Below, one piece after another: positions 38,701 through 48,661 of a stretch of 64,000 nucleotides of DNA. The translations under genes were made by a program, and so were the position numbers. Under the pieces are notes generated by a model. That model did not search any database. It was given only the letters and a program-made list of their open reading frames with translations, and was not told the DNA's origin. Source of the DNA: Polyangiales bacterium (GTDB lineage Bacteria > Myxococcota_A > Polyangia > Polyangiales > Ga0077539); the NCBI GenBank assembly GCA_044229975.1, contig JBGARZ010000010.1:1-64000 (forward strand), in the 5' to 3' direction. Position 1 is the first letter of the stretch; each line of letters opens with the position of its first letter.

Positions 38701-39470
38701 GGCAGATCGTCGGCGGTGGTCTCGGCGGGCGCGTCGGGGAGGGCCTCGCGCTGCGGGAGGAGCTCGCGCCACGAGGCGGGCCACGCGTTGCCGAGGAGCT
38801 GCTTGCGGAAGACGACGATGAGGGCGGCGAGGGCGAGGTTGGTGCAGGCCGCGGCGGCGTTGGTGAACGAGAGGCCCATGTTGGGCAGGAGGAAGAAGCC
38901 GGCGAGGAAGGTTCCGGCGACGGCGCCGAAGGTGTTGGTGGCGTAGAGGGCGCCGACGCGCTGGCCGATGCCGCCGCCCTGGCGGATGAAGTGCTTGGCG
39001 AGCAGCGGGAGGGTGGCGCCCATGAGGGTGGTGGGCGGCAGGAGCACGAGCGCGACGACGACGAAGCGCAGGAGGGTGAAGACGTCGAAGCGGTTGCCGC
39101 CGTGGTTGGTGACCCAGTGCGAGAACGGGGGGTAGACGCCGCGGATGACGAAGGGGATGACGAGCGCGAGGACGCCGACGCCGGCCTCCATCGCGGCGTA
39201 GGTGAGGATCGGGTACTTGAGCCGGTCGGTGAAGCGCCCGAAGATGAAGGAGCCGAGCGCAAGGCCTCCCATGAACGCGCTGAGCACCGTGCTGATCGCC
39301 GGCGTGGAGGCGCCGAAGACGAGGGTGAGCATGCGGGTCCAGATGACCTCGAAGACGAGGCCCGAGGCGCCCGACAGGAAGAAGCAGAGGAAGGGCACCA
39401 CGAGCGCGCCGAGCCCGAGCGGGCGAGCGGTGGTGGCGGGCGAGGACGGAGGCGGCGGGGGGGTCGACAC
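35793..39470 (-). CDS. fused MFS-like/spermidine synthase family membrane protein with TPR-like tail
   Basis: FFLSGASGLVFEVIWTR, MGATLPLL, YATNTFGAVAG, LKNNGKVDAS, GFGSGVT, DGRNYL, ISEPSNPW, NTDDNALIEF. Confidence 0.88.
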   Translation of the reverse strand: MSTPPPPPSSPATTARPLGLGALVVPFLCFFLSGASGLVFEVIWTRMLTLVFGASTPAISTVLSAFMGGLALGSFIFGRFTDRLKYPILTYAAMEAGVGVLALVIPFVIRGVYPPFSHWVTNHGGNRFDVFTLLRFVVVALVLLPPTTLMGATLPLLAKHFIRQGGGIGQRVGALYATNTFGAVAGTFLAGFFLLPNMGLSFTNAAAACTNLALAALIVVFRKQLLGNAWPASWRELLPQREALPDAPAETTADDLPDAPEAVADEDDLLEETATRTTRIVVLLAAAGSGFAALAYEVILSRALDMVIGSSIYSFTIILMGFLIGIGGGAGLASAILRARPSPMVTLAIAGSIEAVALLQFVVYQTSVSRLIWVIATLVVLLGTAISAAWRRPTLALSITQLLIASGAIVTYFFQDRIPRMFVYLALSSTTNCDAHETVRFSEHVGAIQWLSFVTALLCALPAAVGMGAAFPLGVRAYAASRDKVGQDTSSVYTVNTIGSILGSLLTGFVIMPWVGMETAMYIAVAVNLALALALLLASPGEEPVKYLLVPLCAVLLAVTTVGATLGREGRLARSRGTLRIFPRPWDQAEMTTGVFRLSLADGMIQRRDGRCIEQGAGDRATHLGSDNPIYYRDGVTTTVTVERWSLGADRVHFALKNNGKVDASNGDDMPTQVLVAGYPLLLHPRGPENLDVAIVGFGSGVTIGTTLQFPVRRVDDVELERWIPDAARYFADVNHLTFTRERQFPFVEMPRLNLINNDGRNYLAGTDRRYHVVISEPSNPWITGVSNLFTADHFRAATQSLTPDGIFVQWVQLYEMSPNNIKTIYRTFASVFPYVRVFAADAYSSDTIMLGSFRPIPLDPAHIDRQLQNPTIRAAIEPSHATSASDLLARMLFASREEVQRFAHLDERLERGSWRTDLRSNGLGECALPTCRRIPAPLNTDDNALIEFAAPRDLIGFDAFSGYVETMYSDDWTYGRVENELPSNLDAPARARHLANLAVSLLAAGRPRRSDAVLHEAVEAASHAPGGAVDIPELSRAASIWDATTTPREPTIRLEPPTPGPDMSQEGARQLEQTFGDARRAVDNGRYEQALEALAALPVTVRDRSGPGMRLLYGYLLYRAALLQDRDSRFEDAAETLESLVVEEPAWTERHPEVFFLIGRARFRAADFSMSVQAMARFVELARNPVRGEHEAPSVPSDIDEPPLAGAPTTDAPGESAKETATHL

Positions 39471-39540
39471 GGCGGGCGACGGACTAACGCGAATGGGCGG
39501 AGAGCGCCATATCCCGGGGGAAGTGGCGATACGGACGCGA

Positions 39541-40456
39541 TCAGCGGGCGTCGGCGTCGGCGAGCCAGGCGGCGAGCGCGGCGGGGTCGAGGTCGATCAC
39601 GACATCGCCCAGGCGCTCTGGCCCGAGGGTGTGCAACCGCTCGCGCAACCGCAGCTCTTCGTGCGGGGCGATCGGGTGCGCGAGCCAGCGTTCGAACAGA
39701 TGAACGATGGCCGCGACGCCCCGTGCTTCACCCCGCGCTTCACCTCGCGCTTCACCTCGCGCTTCACCCCGCCGGTAGGGCCACGAACGCTCGATCAGTC
39801 CTTCGTCCACGATACCCATGAGCCACTCCCTGATGTTCGGCTGCGCTGCCGTCGATTCTGCCACGACCGTCATGGCCGTCACCACCTCGACGAGCTCGCT
39901 CGTGTCCCGCGCCCGCGCTCGCACAGCGTCCAGGGCCTGCGGCAACGTCGCGGGCGAGGCGTCGCGCACCAACGGCGCGAACACCAGCCACAACAGACTC
40001 CCGCGCGCCACCAACTCGGCGACCGTCAACTGATAGACCGGGTCGATGCGGAAGCGGTGCCCCCGAGAAGCGCTCCCCACGCGGCGACACCCGGTACCTC
40101 CCCCACGCCGGCCACGGCGCCGCGCGCCCCGACAGCAGCACCACCGTGCTGGCGATGGGCGACCTCTCCAGCGCGTTGTGGGGGTCGCGTTGCGCCAGGG
40201 TGAGCAGCGCCTGGTACTCGTAGACCCGCGCTGCCGTCTCCCGCGTCCACTCCCACTCCCACTCGACGTGCAGCCAGCGCCGCCGCCCGTCGATGCGCAC
40301 CGACAGAACCCGGTCGAGGCGTCGCTCGCTCGCGGCCACCTGCGTGTCCTGCCAGCCCTCCACCTCGAAAGTCGCGCGAGCGCCCAGGACGCCCTGCGCG
40401 TAAGCGTCCGGCATGCGTTGGGCGACGTGACGAAGCGTGATGTCGAGATCTCCCAT
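39541..40456 (-). pseudogene. Rpn/DUF4351-like PD-(D/E)xK putative transposase, frameshifted near 40060
   Basis: N-terminal ERRLDRV...LHVEW in one frame; C-terminal (GEAR)x4...LAAWL in another; join at a G5 run. Confidence 0.7.
39722..39770 (-). repeat. 12-bp tandem repeat encoding (GEAR)x4
   Basis: GCGCTTCACCYC unit repeated. Confidence 0.8.
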
Positions 40457-40683
40457 CGCAGTCTCCAAGGGTGCCAAGACGTCCGTGCGACCGAGCACAT
40501 CGCAAGCGGAGGGCCAGCGGGATGGGGCGCGGAATCACCCTATTTTCTCGACGAACGTCGACACGCTCCGAGGTGGCGGCGGTGGCGGCGGGGGTGGCGG
40601 CGAGGGTGGCGGCCAACGCGGCATCGCCAGGCGCACACGACTCAACCACCACCAGAGCGCCGTGATACTCCCAGCGCCCCGCC

Positions 40684-41541
40684 GTGCGCAGAGACGTCTC
40701 CCTCTCCCTCGTCGCCCTCGTCGCCGCGATGGTGTCCGTCCAGTTCGGCGCCTCGCTCGCCAAGGGACTCTTCCCTGCGCTCGGCCCCGAGGGGACCACC
40801 ATCTGCCGCTGCGGCCTCGCCGCCGTGATGCTGCTCGCCCTGCGCCGCCCGTGGCGCCAATCACTCTCCCGCCCGGCCCTCGTCGCCGTCGGCCTCTACG
40901 GGGCCTCGCTCGGCCTCATGAACCTCCTCTTCTACCTCTCCATCGCGCGCATCCCGCTGGGCGTCGCCGTCGCGCTGGAGTTCACCGGGCCGCTCTCCGT
41001 CGCCCTCTTGGCGTCGCGCCGCGCGCGTGACCTTGCGTGGGTCGTTCTGGCGGCGGTCGGCATCGCGCTCATCCTCCCGCGCGCCGATGCGCCGCGACGC
41101 CTCGACCCGGTGGGCGTCGCGCTCGCGATCGGAGCGGGCGCCTGCTGGGCGCTCTACATCGTCCTCGGGCAGCGCGCGGGGAAGGCCGTTCCCGGTGGAG
41201 CTGCGAGCGCCCTCGGGATGTCCGTCGCGGCACTCGTCGTCGCGCCTTTCGGCATCGCTCGCGCGGGCAGCCGGCTACTCACACCGTCGCTGTGGCCGCT
41301 GGCGCTCGCCGTCGCGGTGTTCTCCAGCGCGCTGCCGTACTCGCTGGAAATGCACGCGCTGCGACGGCTGCCCGCGCGCACCTTCGGCGTGCTGATGAGC
41401 CTGGAGCCCGCGCTCGCCGCCCTCGCGGGCCTCGTCGTGCTGCGCGAGCACCTGACCGTCGCACAGGGGGCAGCCATCGCCTGCATCATGGCCGCCTCGC
41501 TCGGCAGCGCGGCCTCTGTCGGTCGCAGCGCCGAGTCGTAG
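40684..41541 (+). CDS. rhtA: EamA/RhtA-type threonine/homoserine exporter
   Basis: SVQFGASLAKGLFP, RIPLGVAVALEFTGPL, SSALPYSLEM, FGVLMSLEPA. Confidence 0.88.
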   Translation: MRRDVSLSLVALVAAMVSVQFGASLAKGLFPALGPEGTTICRCGLAAVMLLALRRPWRQSLSRPALVAVGLYGASLGLMNLLFYLSIARIPLGVAVALEFTGPLSVALLASRRARDLAWVVLAAVGIALILPRADAPRRLDPVGVALAIGAGACWALYIVLGQRAGKAVPGGAASALGMSVAALVVAPFGIARAGSRLLTPSLWPLALAVAVFSSALPYSLEMHALRRLPARTFGVLMSLEPALAALAGLVVLREHLTVAQGAAIACIMAASLGSAASVGRSAES

Positions 41542-41551
41542 CGTCGGTCGC

Positions 41552-42262
41552 TCAGCCCTTCGTCAGCGTCTCCAGCTCGCGCAGGTCGAGCCCCACGATG
41601 TCGAACTCCGCGGGCGCCCCACGGCTCATCGCGCGCGCCGTCACCGTCGCCGCGATGCCCTGGTGGTGCAGCCGCTTCGCCGCCGCCTCGGCCGCCGCAC
41701 GCTCCGCCGGGCCCGCGTCGCTGTGCGCGCCGCCCAGCGCCTTCGCCCTCGCCCGCACCAGCCGGGCGTGCTCGGCGATCTTCTCCGTCGGCGTGCGGGC
41801 GACGTCGACCCGCGGACCGTCGTCCCACAGCCGCACCACCTCGCCGCTCAGGATCGCCACCGTGTCGTCGGCCTCCGTCGCCGTCGCGAGGTCGAGCAGC
41901 GCGTTGACCCGCTGCGGGCCCATCGCCGTGAAGGTCTCCGCGGTGACCTGCCCCGCCGCGCGCACGAGCCGGTCGGCCGTTGTCGGGTGCAGCTCGAACT
42001 CCTTCGCGCAGAGCGCGCCGAAGTCCGGGTGCCCCGCGGCCTCGCTCATGCCGGGCTGCCGCAGCACCGCGAGCGCCTTGCCGAGCTCGTACATGCTCCG
42101 CGAGGTCGCGCGAAACGCCCCGCGCGCCTTGTCGAGCGCCGCCTGCGCCGCGGCGGTGAGCTCCGTGTCACCGACCGCGACCGGCGCCTCGATGATCTCG
42201 TAGCGGGGGGTCTTCGTAGGGGACTTCTTCGCCGGGGCGGCGGTCTTCTTGGTGCGGGCCAT
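41552..42262 (-). CDS. hypothetical protein (DUF3102-like, possibly DNA-binding)
   Basis: Lys-rich N-terminus; YELGKAL...F..LC..EF...TADRL pattern. Confidence 0.55.
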   Translation of the reverse strand: MARTKKTAAPAKKSPTKTPRYEIIEAPVAVGDTELTAAAQAALDKARGAFRATSRSMYELGKALAVLRQPGMSEAAGHPDFGALCAKEFELHPTTADRLVRAAGQVTAETFTAMGPQRVNALLDLATATEADDTVAILSGEVVRLWDDGPRVDVARTPTEKIAEHARLVRARAKALGGAHSDAGPAERAAAEAAAKRLHHQGIAATVTARAMSRGAPAEFDIVGLDLRELETLTKG

Positions 42263-42332
42263 GGCGTCAACTTGCAGACGTGCCGGTCGAAGCGTCAATG
42301 GTTCTCCGTGCGACTTCCGGCACGGACTCGCG

Positions 42333-42830
42333 TCACCGACGGCGGCGAGGCCCGTCGTAGAGGGTCGAGACCAGCGCCTCGGCGAAGCGCTCGGAGCCGT
42401 AGGCGCAGGTGGCGATGCGCGCCCGCGCCGACTGCCACGTCAGGCCGCCCTGCTGGGTCACGGTGCTCGACGTCGAGGACGCGGTGACCTCCTCGCCGTG
42501 GGGGAGCAGCTCGTCGGAGGTGCCGGAGAAGTCGGCCGTCGCGAGGGTCTCGCGGTCGGCGCTGAGGGAGACCTGATCCCAGAAGGAGACGTGCACACGG
42601 AGGCGCGGCCCGCCGCCCTGGAGGACGAAGCCGTGGCGCTCCAGCGAGCGGGTGAGCGAGCGCTCACAGCTCGTGGTGACCTCGGGGTCGAGGTCTTCGG
42701 CGCCGGCGAAATCGAGCTGCAACCCCGGGCGGTCGGGCGCGATGGTCGGTGCCACGGGCGGGGTCATGGTGGCGCACCCGCAGAGGGTGGCGAGGAGAGC
42801 CGCGAGCGCGAGGGGGGCAGGAGCGTTCAT
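42333..42830 (-). CDS. hypothetical lipoprotein
   Basis: [13 protein letters not shown] lipobox; GGAGG RBS. Confidence 0.7.
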   Translation of the reverse strand: MNAPAPLALAALLATLCGCATMTPPVAPTIAPDRPGLQLDFAGAEDLDPEVTTSCERSLTRSLERHGFVLQGGGPRLRVHVSFWDQVSLSADRETLATADFSGTSDELLPHGEEVTASSTSSTVTQQGGLTWQSARARIATCAYGSERFAEALVSTLYDGPRRRR

Positions 42831-42920
42831 GACACGGCCTCCGATGCGTGGGCGGGCGTGGACGTTCGCGCCCCGTCCGCGACTCTGGCGGCGTTGGCGT
42901 CGACGTGTCAATCGACGCGC

Positions 42921-43505
42921 CTACTCCGCGTCCTCCGCCAGCGCCCGCTCGCCCATGCGCCGCGCCGCCCGCAAGAACTCATCGCTCAACGGCGTCCCGC
43001 CCACCGCGCGCGACAGCGACAGCGCCCCGTACATCAGCGCGATGAGCCCGAGCGCCTCTTCGCGCCGCGCGCTGCCTTCGCCCAGCAGCCCCGCGAGCGA
43101 GCCCACGAAGCCGTTGAGCTCGGCTTCCAGCGCGCTGCGGTACGGCTCTCCCTCGCGCGCGATCTCGGGCGCCGCGTTGGGCAGCAGGCACCCCGCCTCG
43201 ACGTTGTCGCGGTGCGCCCGCGACAGGTACCGCTTCACAACACCCAGCGCCTTCTCGCGCCCCGTCGCGCCCTTGGTGGTGGCGAGCATGCGGTCCCACA
43301 TCGTGCTGGCGGCGCAGCGGATGGTCTCGGCGAAGAGGTGCTCCTTCGAGTCGAAGTGCCCGTAGAACCCCCCGACGGTGAGCCCCGCGCCCTTCATCAC
43401 GTCGCCCACCGAGCTCGCCTTGATGCCGCGCTCCCGCAGCAGCGCCGCGGCCGACGCGAGGATGGCTTCGTGCGACCGCTGCTTCTGCTCGGCCTTCTGG
43501 TTCAC
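42921..43505 (-). CDS. TetR/AcrR family regulator
   Basis: [14 protein letters not shown]...[22 protein letters not shown]. Confidence 0.92.
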   Translation of the reverse strand: MNQKAEQKQRSHEAILASAAALLRERGIKASSVGDVMKGAGLTVGGFYGHFDSKEHLFAETIRCAASTMWDRMLATTKGATGREKALGVVKRYLSRAHRDNVEAGCLLPNAAPEIAREGEPYRSALEAELNGFVGSLAGLLGEGSARREEALGLIALMYGALSLSRAVGGTPLSDEFLRAARRMGERALAEDAE

Positions 43506-44737
43506 AACCGCTCGATGATGGTGGCGATGCCCTGTCCGCCGCCGATGCACATGGTCACCAGCGCGGTGGCCTTGCCGGTGCGCTCCAGCTCGTCGAGCGC
43601 CGTGCCCAGCAACATCGCGCCCGTCGCGCCGAGCGGGTGCCCGAGGGCGATGGCGCCGCCGTTGACGTTGACCCGCTCGGGGTCGATGCCGAGCGCCCGC
43701 GTGGTCTGCAACACGACCCCCGCAAAGGCCTCGTTGATCTCCCAGAGGTCGATGTCACGGGCGTTCATCCCGGCGGCGCGCAGGGCCTTCTCGCTCGCGG
43801 GCGCCGGGGCCGTCAGCATGATGAGCGGCTCACTGCCCACCGTCGCCATCGCACGGATGCGGGCGCGCGGCTTCACGCCGTGCTCGCGGACGTAGCGCTC
43901 GGAGGCGACGAGCACCGCCCCAGCGCCGTCGGCGATGCCGCTGGAGTTGCCCGCCGTGTGCAGGTGGCGGATCGCACCGGCGCGGGGGTACGCGGCGAGG
44001 GCGATCTGGTCGAGCGTCTCGCCGTCGGGGCCGACGGCCATCTCGCCGAGCGCCGTGAACGCAGGCTTGAGCGACGCGAGGCCCTCGGCCGTGGTGTCAG
44101 GCCGCGGAAACTCGTCGCGGGAGAGAGCGACCGCGCCGGTGGCCGGGTCGAGGACGTCGAAGAGCGAGCGGTTGAAGCGACCCTGCTCCATGGCCGTCGC
44201 GGCGTTGCGCTGCGAGCGAAGGGCGACGCCATCGATCTCCTCGCGGGAGAAGCCTTCGAGGCTCGCGATGAGGTCGGCGCTGATGCCCTGCGGAACCTGG
44301 AACACCCGATCCCGCAGCCGCACGTTGCCGCCATCCTGGCCGCCGCCGTCGGAGCCCATGGGGACGCGCGACATGCTCTCGACGCCTCCCCCGACGGCGA
44401 GGTCGAGCGCGCCCGAGCCGACACCCATGGCGGCGAAGTTCACGGCCTGGAGGCCGGAGCCGCAGAAGCGGTTGAGCGACACGGCGGACACGGCGTCGGG
44501 CCAACCCGAGGCAAGGACGGCGTTGCGGGCGATGTTGGCGCCCTGCTCGCCGACCTGCGAGACGGCGCCGACCATCACGTCGTCGACCGTGGCGGGGTCG
44601 AAGCCGCCGCGACGCTGGAGGGCGCGCAGGGTCTGGGCGAAGAGTTCTTGCGGGTGGAGGTTGGAGAGGGCGCCCTTGCCGGCGCGGCCGCGGCCCCGGG
44701 GAGTGCGGACGGCGTCGAGGATGTATGCGTGGTTCAT
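43502..44737 (-). CDS. acetyl-CoA C-acyltransferase (thiolase)
   Basis: [40 protein letters not shown]. Confidence 0.95.
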   Translation of the reverse strand: MNHAYILDAVRTPRGRGRAGKGALSNLHPQELFAQTLRALQRRGGFDPATVDDVMVGAVSQVGEQGANIARNAVLASGWPDAVSAVSLNRFCGSGLQAVNFAAMGVGSGALDLAVGGGVESMSRVPMGSDGGGQDGGNVRLRDRVFQVPQGISADLIASLEGFSREEIDGVALRSQRNAATAMEQGRFNRSLFDVLDPATGAVALSRDEFPRPDTTAEGLASLKPAFTALGEMAVGPDGETLDQIALAAYPRAGAIRHLHTAGNSSGIADGAGAVLVASERYVREHGVKPRARIRAMATVGSEPLIMLTAPAPASEKALRAAGMNARDIDLWEINEAFAGVVLQTTRALGIDPERVNVNGGAIALGHPLGATGAMLLGTALDELERTGKATALVTMCIGGGQGIATIIERL

Positions 44738-44756
44738 GGTCTCGCTCCTTCGGATG

Positions 44757-44793
44757 ACGGCCATGATATTATGGCCGTACTCCGTCGGGTCAA
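44757..44793 (-). promoter_or_regulatory. sigma70 promoter with overlapping TetR operator
   Basis: palindrome ACGGCCAT-GATATT-ATGGCCGT at 44757-44778; TTGACC-N16-TAATAT on the minus strand. Confidence 0.7.
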
Positions 44794-46325
44794 GGGGTGC
44801 GATCGAGGTCGAGGTCGACGCGCCATGCTCCGCGGCGGCGGTCGTCCCAGACGGAGAGCGTTCCGGCGCGCGAGTCCATGGACATGGCAGGGTCGTGGTC
44901 GGCCCGGCTGGTCGCCGAGTCGCTGCCCACCACGGAGCCCGCCTCGCGGTCGAAGGTGCACGCGAAGTACCCGTGGGTGTCGCTGCCGTACAGCCGCGCC
45001 TCGCCGCAGCGGGCGTCCATCTGGCAGCGGTAGCCCACCGGCGTCGGGCGCCGCGCCACCCGCAACGAACACCTCGCGCCCACCGCCACCGGCGCGTGCC
45101 CGGTGATCGCGCGCACCCTCGCGCTGAAGACCATCGACGGCGCCGCGCGTCGCCGCACCATGCGCTCCGACCACGGCCACCCGAGCGCCCCGGCGTGCAC
45201 GAACACCGTCATCACGTCGCCCTCGTGGAGCCCGTGAAAGGTGGCCGCCGACACCTCCAGCTCGACCTCGTCGTGGTGGTCGTCCCACCACGGGATGTAG
45301 AGGTAGCGGTGGTCGGACTTGCGCGTCGCCGTCCGTCGCCGCGCGATGGTCACGTCGTGCGGGGTCGCGGTGCTGCGGTCGAAGAGCGCGTTGACGAGGA
45401 AGAGCGTCTCGGTGCCCAGCACCACCAGCGGGAAGAAGCCCAGCATCGCGACGCCGAGGAAGTTGCGAAACGAGCGCGAGTGGCCGCGCACCCACAGCCA
45501 CGTCGCGGGGACGAGCAGCAGCCAGACGCCGAAGGTCCACGCCCGCGCGGTGTGCTGGTCGGAGGGGAGCAGCGGCGAGCGGTAGTCGGTGTACCCGACG
45601 GGCAGCGCGAACATCGCGAAGAGCGACACCACGAAGGCCACCGCCGACACGAAGGCCATCACGTCGCCCCGCATGCGCCGCGGCGCGGGGACGTCCGCCG
45701 GGTCGATGGAGGGGATGGTCTCCGCGAGGGCCGAGAGCCCTTCGAGCGCGTGATCGATGTCGTCCTTGTGCGGGGGTGTTCCGTCGTCGCGGCCGAGGCG
45801 CACGGCGACTGCACCGGGGCCGAGGCGCGCGTTGGGGTGCTCTCCCGCGAGCAGGACTTCGACGGCGGCGCGGGTGGCGGGCGTGGCGAAGGCGCGCTTC
45901 ACCAGGGCCTCGGCCTCGTCGGTCTCCAGGTACACGCGGCCGTCGAAGCCCGCGTCGCCGGTCTGCACCTCGCGGTTGAGCCCGAGGCGCTTGCCCAGCC
46001 GGTCGACGGAGGTCTCGCGGCGGGCGTGGATGCGCGGCATCGTCACGTCGCACAGCAGCAGCAGCCAGCCGAGGTCGTAGCGCCCTTCAGGGCACACCAC
46101 GAAGGCCGCGCGCTTGCCCCGCCACGCGAACTCCACGCCCCGCTGCGGCGACGCCCACCAGGGCACCGCGACGTCGCGCGGACCTTCGGCGCCGAGGGTG
46201 TGGGCGAGGGCCGTGAGGTGCTTGTCCCGGCGTCGCCGACGCACACGGTTGGTCAGTGGCATCACCACCACGAACACGAGCGCCAGGGTGACGAGCAGGA
46301 TGGCGGCGATGACCGGGACGTCCAT
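44790..46325 (-). CDS. hypothetical membrane protein
   Basis: N-terminal [17 protein letters not shown], three central TMs, Cys-containing C-terminal domain. Confidence 0.65.
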   Translation of the reverse strand: MDVPVIAAILLVTLALVFVVVMPLTNRVRRRRRDKHLTALAHTLGAEGPRDVAVPWWASPQRGVEFAWRGKRAAFVVCPEGRYDLGWLLLLCDVTMPRIHARRETSVDRLGKRLGLNREVQTGDAGFDGRVYLETDEAEALVKRAFATPATRAAVEVLLAGEHPNARLGPGAVAVRLGRDDGTPPHKDDIDHALEGLSALAETIPSIDPADVPAPRRMRGDVMAFVSAVAFVVSLFAMFALPVGYTDYRSPLLPSDQHTARAWTFGVWLLLVPATWLWVRGHSRSFRNFLGVAMLGFFPLVVLGTETLFLVNALFDRSTATPHDVTIARRRTATRKSDHRYLYIPWWDDHHDEVELEVSAATFHGLHEGDVMTVFVHAGALGWPWSERMVRRRAAPSMVFSARVRAITGHAPVAVGARCSLRVARRPTPVGYRCQMDARCGEARLYGSDTHGYFACTFDREAGSVVGSDSATSRADHDPAMSMDSRAGTLSVWDDRRRGAWRVDLDLDRTP

Positions 46326-46393
46326 GGCGGCCGACGACCATAACGCCTCTTGACCCGCGCGTGCGCGGCGCTTCACCTTCCCGCCCCACTGCC

Positions 46394-46822
46394 ATGGACG
46401 CGCTGATCATCAACGCCTCGATCACGATCCCCGCCGAGGCGCTCGCCATGACGGCGGTGCGCGCCAGCGGCCCCGGCGGGCAGAACGTCAACAAGGTCTC
46501 CTCGAAGGTCGAGCTCCGCTTCGACCTGGCGGGCAGCACCGCGCTCGCCGACGACGTGAAGGAGCGGCTGCGCGCCCTCGCGGGCAAGCGCGTCGACCAG
46601 GAGGGAACGCTGCTGCTCACGAGCCAGAAGACGCGCGACCAGGTGCGCAACCTCGACGACGCGCGGCTGCGGCTGAAGGTGATGGTGCTCCAGGCGCTGG
46701 AGGTTCCGAAGCCGCGGAAGGCCACCGCGCCGTCGCGTCGGGCGAAGCAGCGACGGCTCACCGCCAAGCACGTCACCAGCGACCGCAAGAAGACCCGCGC
46801 CCGCCCCGCCTCGGACGAGTGA
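46394..46822 (+). CDS. arfB: alternative ribosome rescue peptidyl-tRNA hydrolase ArfB
   Basis: RASGPGGQNVNKVSSKVEL; basic C-terminal tail. Confidence 0.95.
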   Translation: MDALIINASITIPAEALAMTAVRASGPGGQNVNKVSSKVELRFDLAGSTALADDVKERLRALAGKRVDQEGTLLLTSQKTRDQVRNLDDARLRLKVMVLQALEVPKPRKATAPSRRAKQRRLTAKHVTSDRKKTRARPASDE

Positions 46823-46872
46823 GCGGTCAGTAACTGGCCGACGCCCCCGCGGTGGTGCTAGCGCCCACGACC

Positions 46873-48654
46873 GTGAAGCGTCGCCTACGAAGCTGGTCCA
46901 TCGGGGTGTTCGTCGTGTCGTGCGCCGCGTCCGCTGGTGCGCAGACCCCACCGTCGCCGTCCTCGCAGCCCACCGCGCGCGTCGCCGTCCCCACGCGCAC
47001 CACCGCGCCCGAACCTCGCCCCGTCGACGCCATCCTCGGCACCGTCGAGACACCATCTCTCGCGGCGCTTCGTGAGGCCGAGCGCGCCGCCGAGCTCCCG
47101 CGCGAGACCTCCGACACCCTCGCCACCGCGGCCCAGCGCGACGGCGCCACGCTCGACGAGAGCAGCCTCCCGGCCGACCTCGCGGGTCGCCTCCAGATGC
47201 CCGCGCTGCCCTTTCGGATGACCACCCGCATCGCCCGCGAGATCGGTCTCTTCCGCACCGACTCGCGCGCCCGCCGCCTCGCCCAGCGCTGGACCGCCGC
47301 CGCCGGTCGCTACCGCACGCGCCTCCAGCAATCACTCGTCGCCGAGGGCATGCCCACGTCGCTGCTCTGGCTCGCCGCCGCCGAGAGCGGCTTCGACCCG
47401 CGCGTCGAGTCGAGCGCTGGCGCCGTCGGGCTGTGGCAGTTCATGCCCGACACGGCGCGGTCGTTCGGGCTGCGCGTGGACACCTGGGTCGACGAGCGCC
47501 GCGACCCCGAGCACAGCACCCGCGCGGCCGTGCGCTACCTCCGCGACCTGCACGAACGCCTCGGCTCCTGGGAGCTGGCGTTTGCGGCCTACAACATGGG
47601 GTACACCAACCTCCTGCGGTCGATTCGCAAGTACAACACCAACGACTTCGACACCCTCTGCGCGCTCGAAGCGGGGCTCCCCTGGGAGACCATGCATTAC
47701 GTTCCGCGCATCCTGTCACTCGCGGTCGCGGCGCATAACCCGGGCGTCTTCGACATCGCGACGGAGCCCGCCGAGGCGCCGGTGCAATGGGAGGACGTCG
47801 AGCTGCCGCGCTCGCTCCCGCTCAACGCCATCGCCCGCGAGGCGCAGGTCTCCGAGACGGCGCTGCGCAACCTCAACCCCGCGCTGCTCCGCACCCGAAC
47901 GCCCCCGCCCGGCGCGCAGACGCCCTTCGTGCTGCACGTCCCGCAAGGGAGAGGCGCCGCGGTGCGCGCCGTCATCGCCAGCATCGAGACGCCCGCCACG
48001 CGCTCGTACGTGCTGCGCCACGGCGAGACCCTCGACGAGGTCGCCACGCGCTTCGGAACGCGCCCTCCGCAGGTGCTCGCCCTGTCGGGCCTCGCGGCCG
48101 ATCACTCCGTCCGCCCGGGCACGCTGCTGCTCGTCCCCGACCGCGCGCCCGCGGCGGAGACGGTGACGGCGCCGATGACGGTTCCGTTTGATGGAGCGCT
48201 GTCGGCGATGGCCGCGCCGGACGGAACCCACCGCGTCTGGATGCGCCTCGCCGCGGGCGATACGCTCGCTGCCGTGGCCCGCGCGCTCACCGTCGCGCCC
48301 GACGACCTCGCCCGCTGGAACGCCCTCGACCCCAACGCCCGCCTCCACGGCGAGATGTGGTTGCAGGCCTTCGTGACCCGCGCGCCCGACGACACCGCGC
48401 GCACCTTCGCCGAGTCCGACGTGACCGTCGACGACCGCCTCGCCGACGCCTTCCACGACCGCGCGGTCAGCGCCGCGGGCCAGGTCCGGCTGCGCGTGAC
48501 GGTCGCCCGCGACGACACCTTCGCCAGCATCGCGACGCGCTACGGCACCACCCCGTCGCGCCTGGAGCGCATCAACCACCGCGGCCAGCGCGACCCGCTG
48601 ACGGCGGGCGAGACCGTCGTCGTGTACGCGGACCGCGCCCGCGCCTCGCAGTAG
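46873..48654 (+). CDS. SLT lytic transglycosylase with LysM repeats (MltD-like)
   Basis: AAESGF, AVGLWQFM, DERRDP, AAYNMG, ETMHYV; LysM GETL/GDTL repeats. Confidence 0.9.
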   Translation: MKRRLRSWSIGVFVVSCAASAGAQTPPSPSSQPTARVAVPTRTTAPEPRPVDAILGTVETPSLAALREAERAAELPRETSDTLATAAQRDGATLDESSLPADLAGRLQMPALPFRMTTRIAREIGLFRTDSRARRLAQRWTAAAGRYRTRLQQSLVAEGMPTSLLWLAAAESGFDPRVESSAGAVGLWQFMPDTARSFGLRVDTWVDERRDPEHSTRAAVRYLRDLHERLGSWELAFAAYNMGYTNLLRSIRKYNTNDFDTLCALEAGLPWETMHYVPRILSLAVAAHNPGVFDIATEPAEAPVQWEDVELPRSLPLNAIAREAQVSETALRNLNPALLRTRTPPPGAQTPFVLHVPQGRGAAVRAVIASIETPATRSYVLRHGETLDEVATRFGTRPPQVLALSGLAADHSVRPGTLLLVPDRAPAAETVTAPMTVPFDGALSAMAAPDGTHRVWMRLAAGDTLAAVARALTVAPDDLARWNALDPNARLHGEMWLQAFVTRAPDDTARTFAESDVTVDDRLADAFHDRAVSAAGQVRLRVTVARDDTFASIATRYGTTPSRLERINHRGQRDPLTAGETVVVYADRARASQ

Positions 48655-48661
48655 GTCCGCC

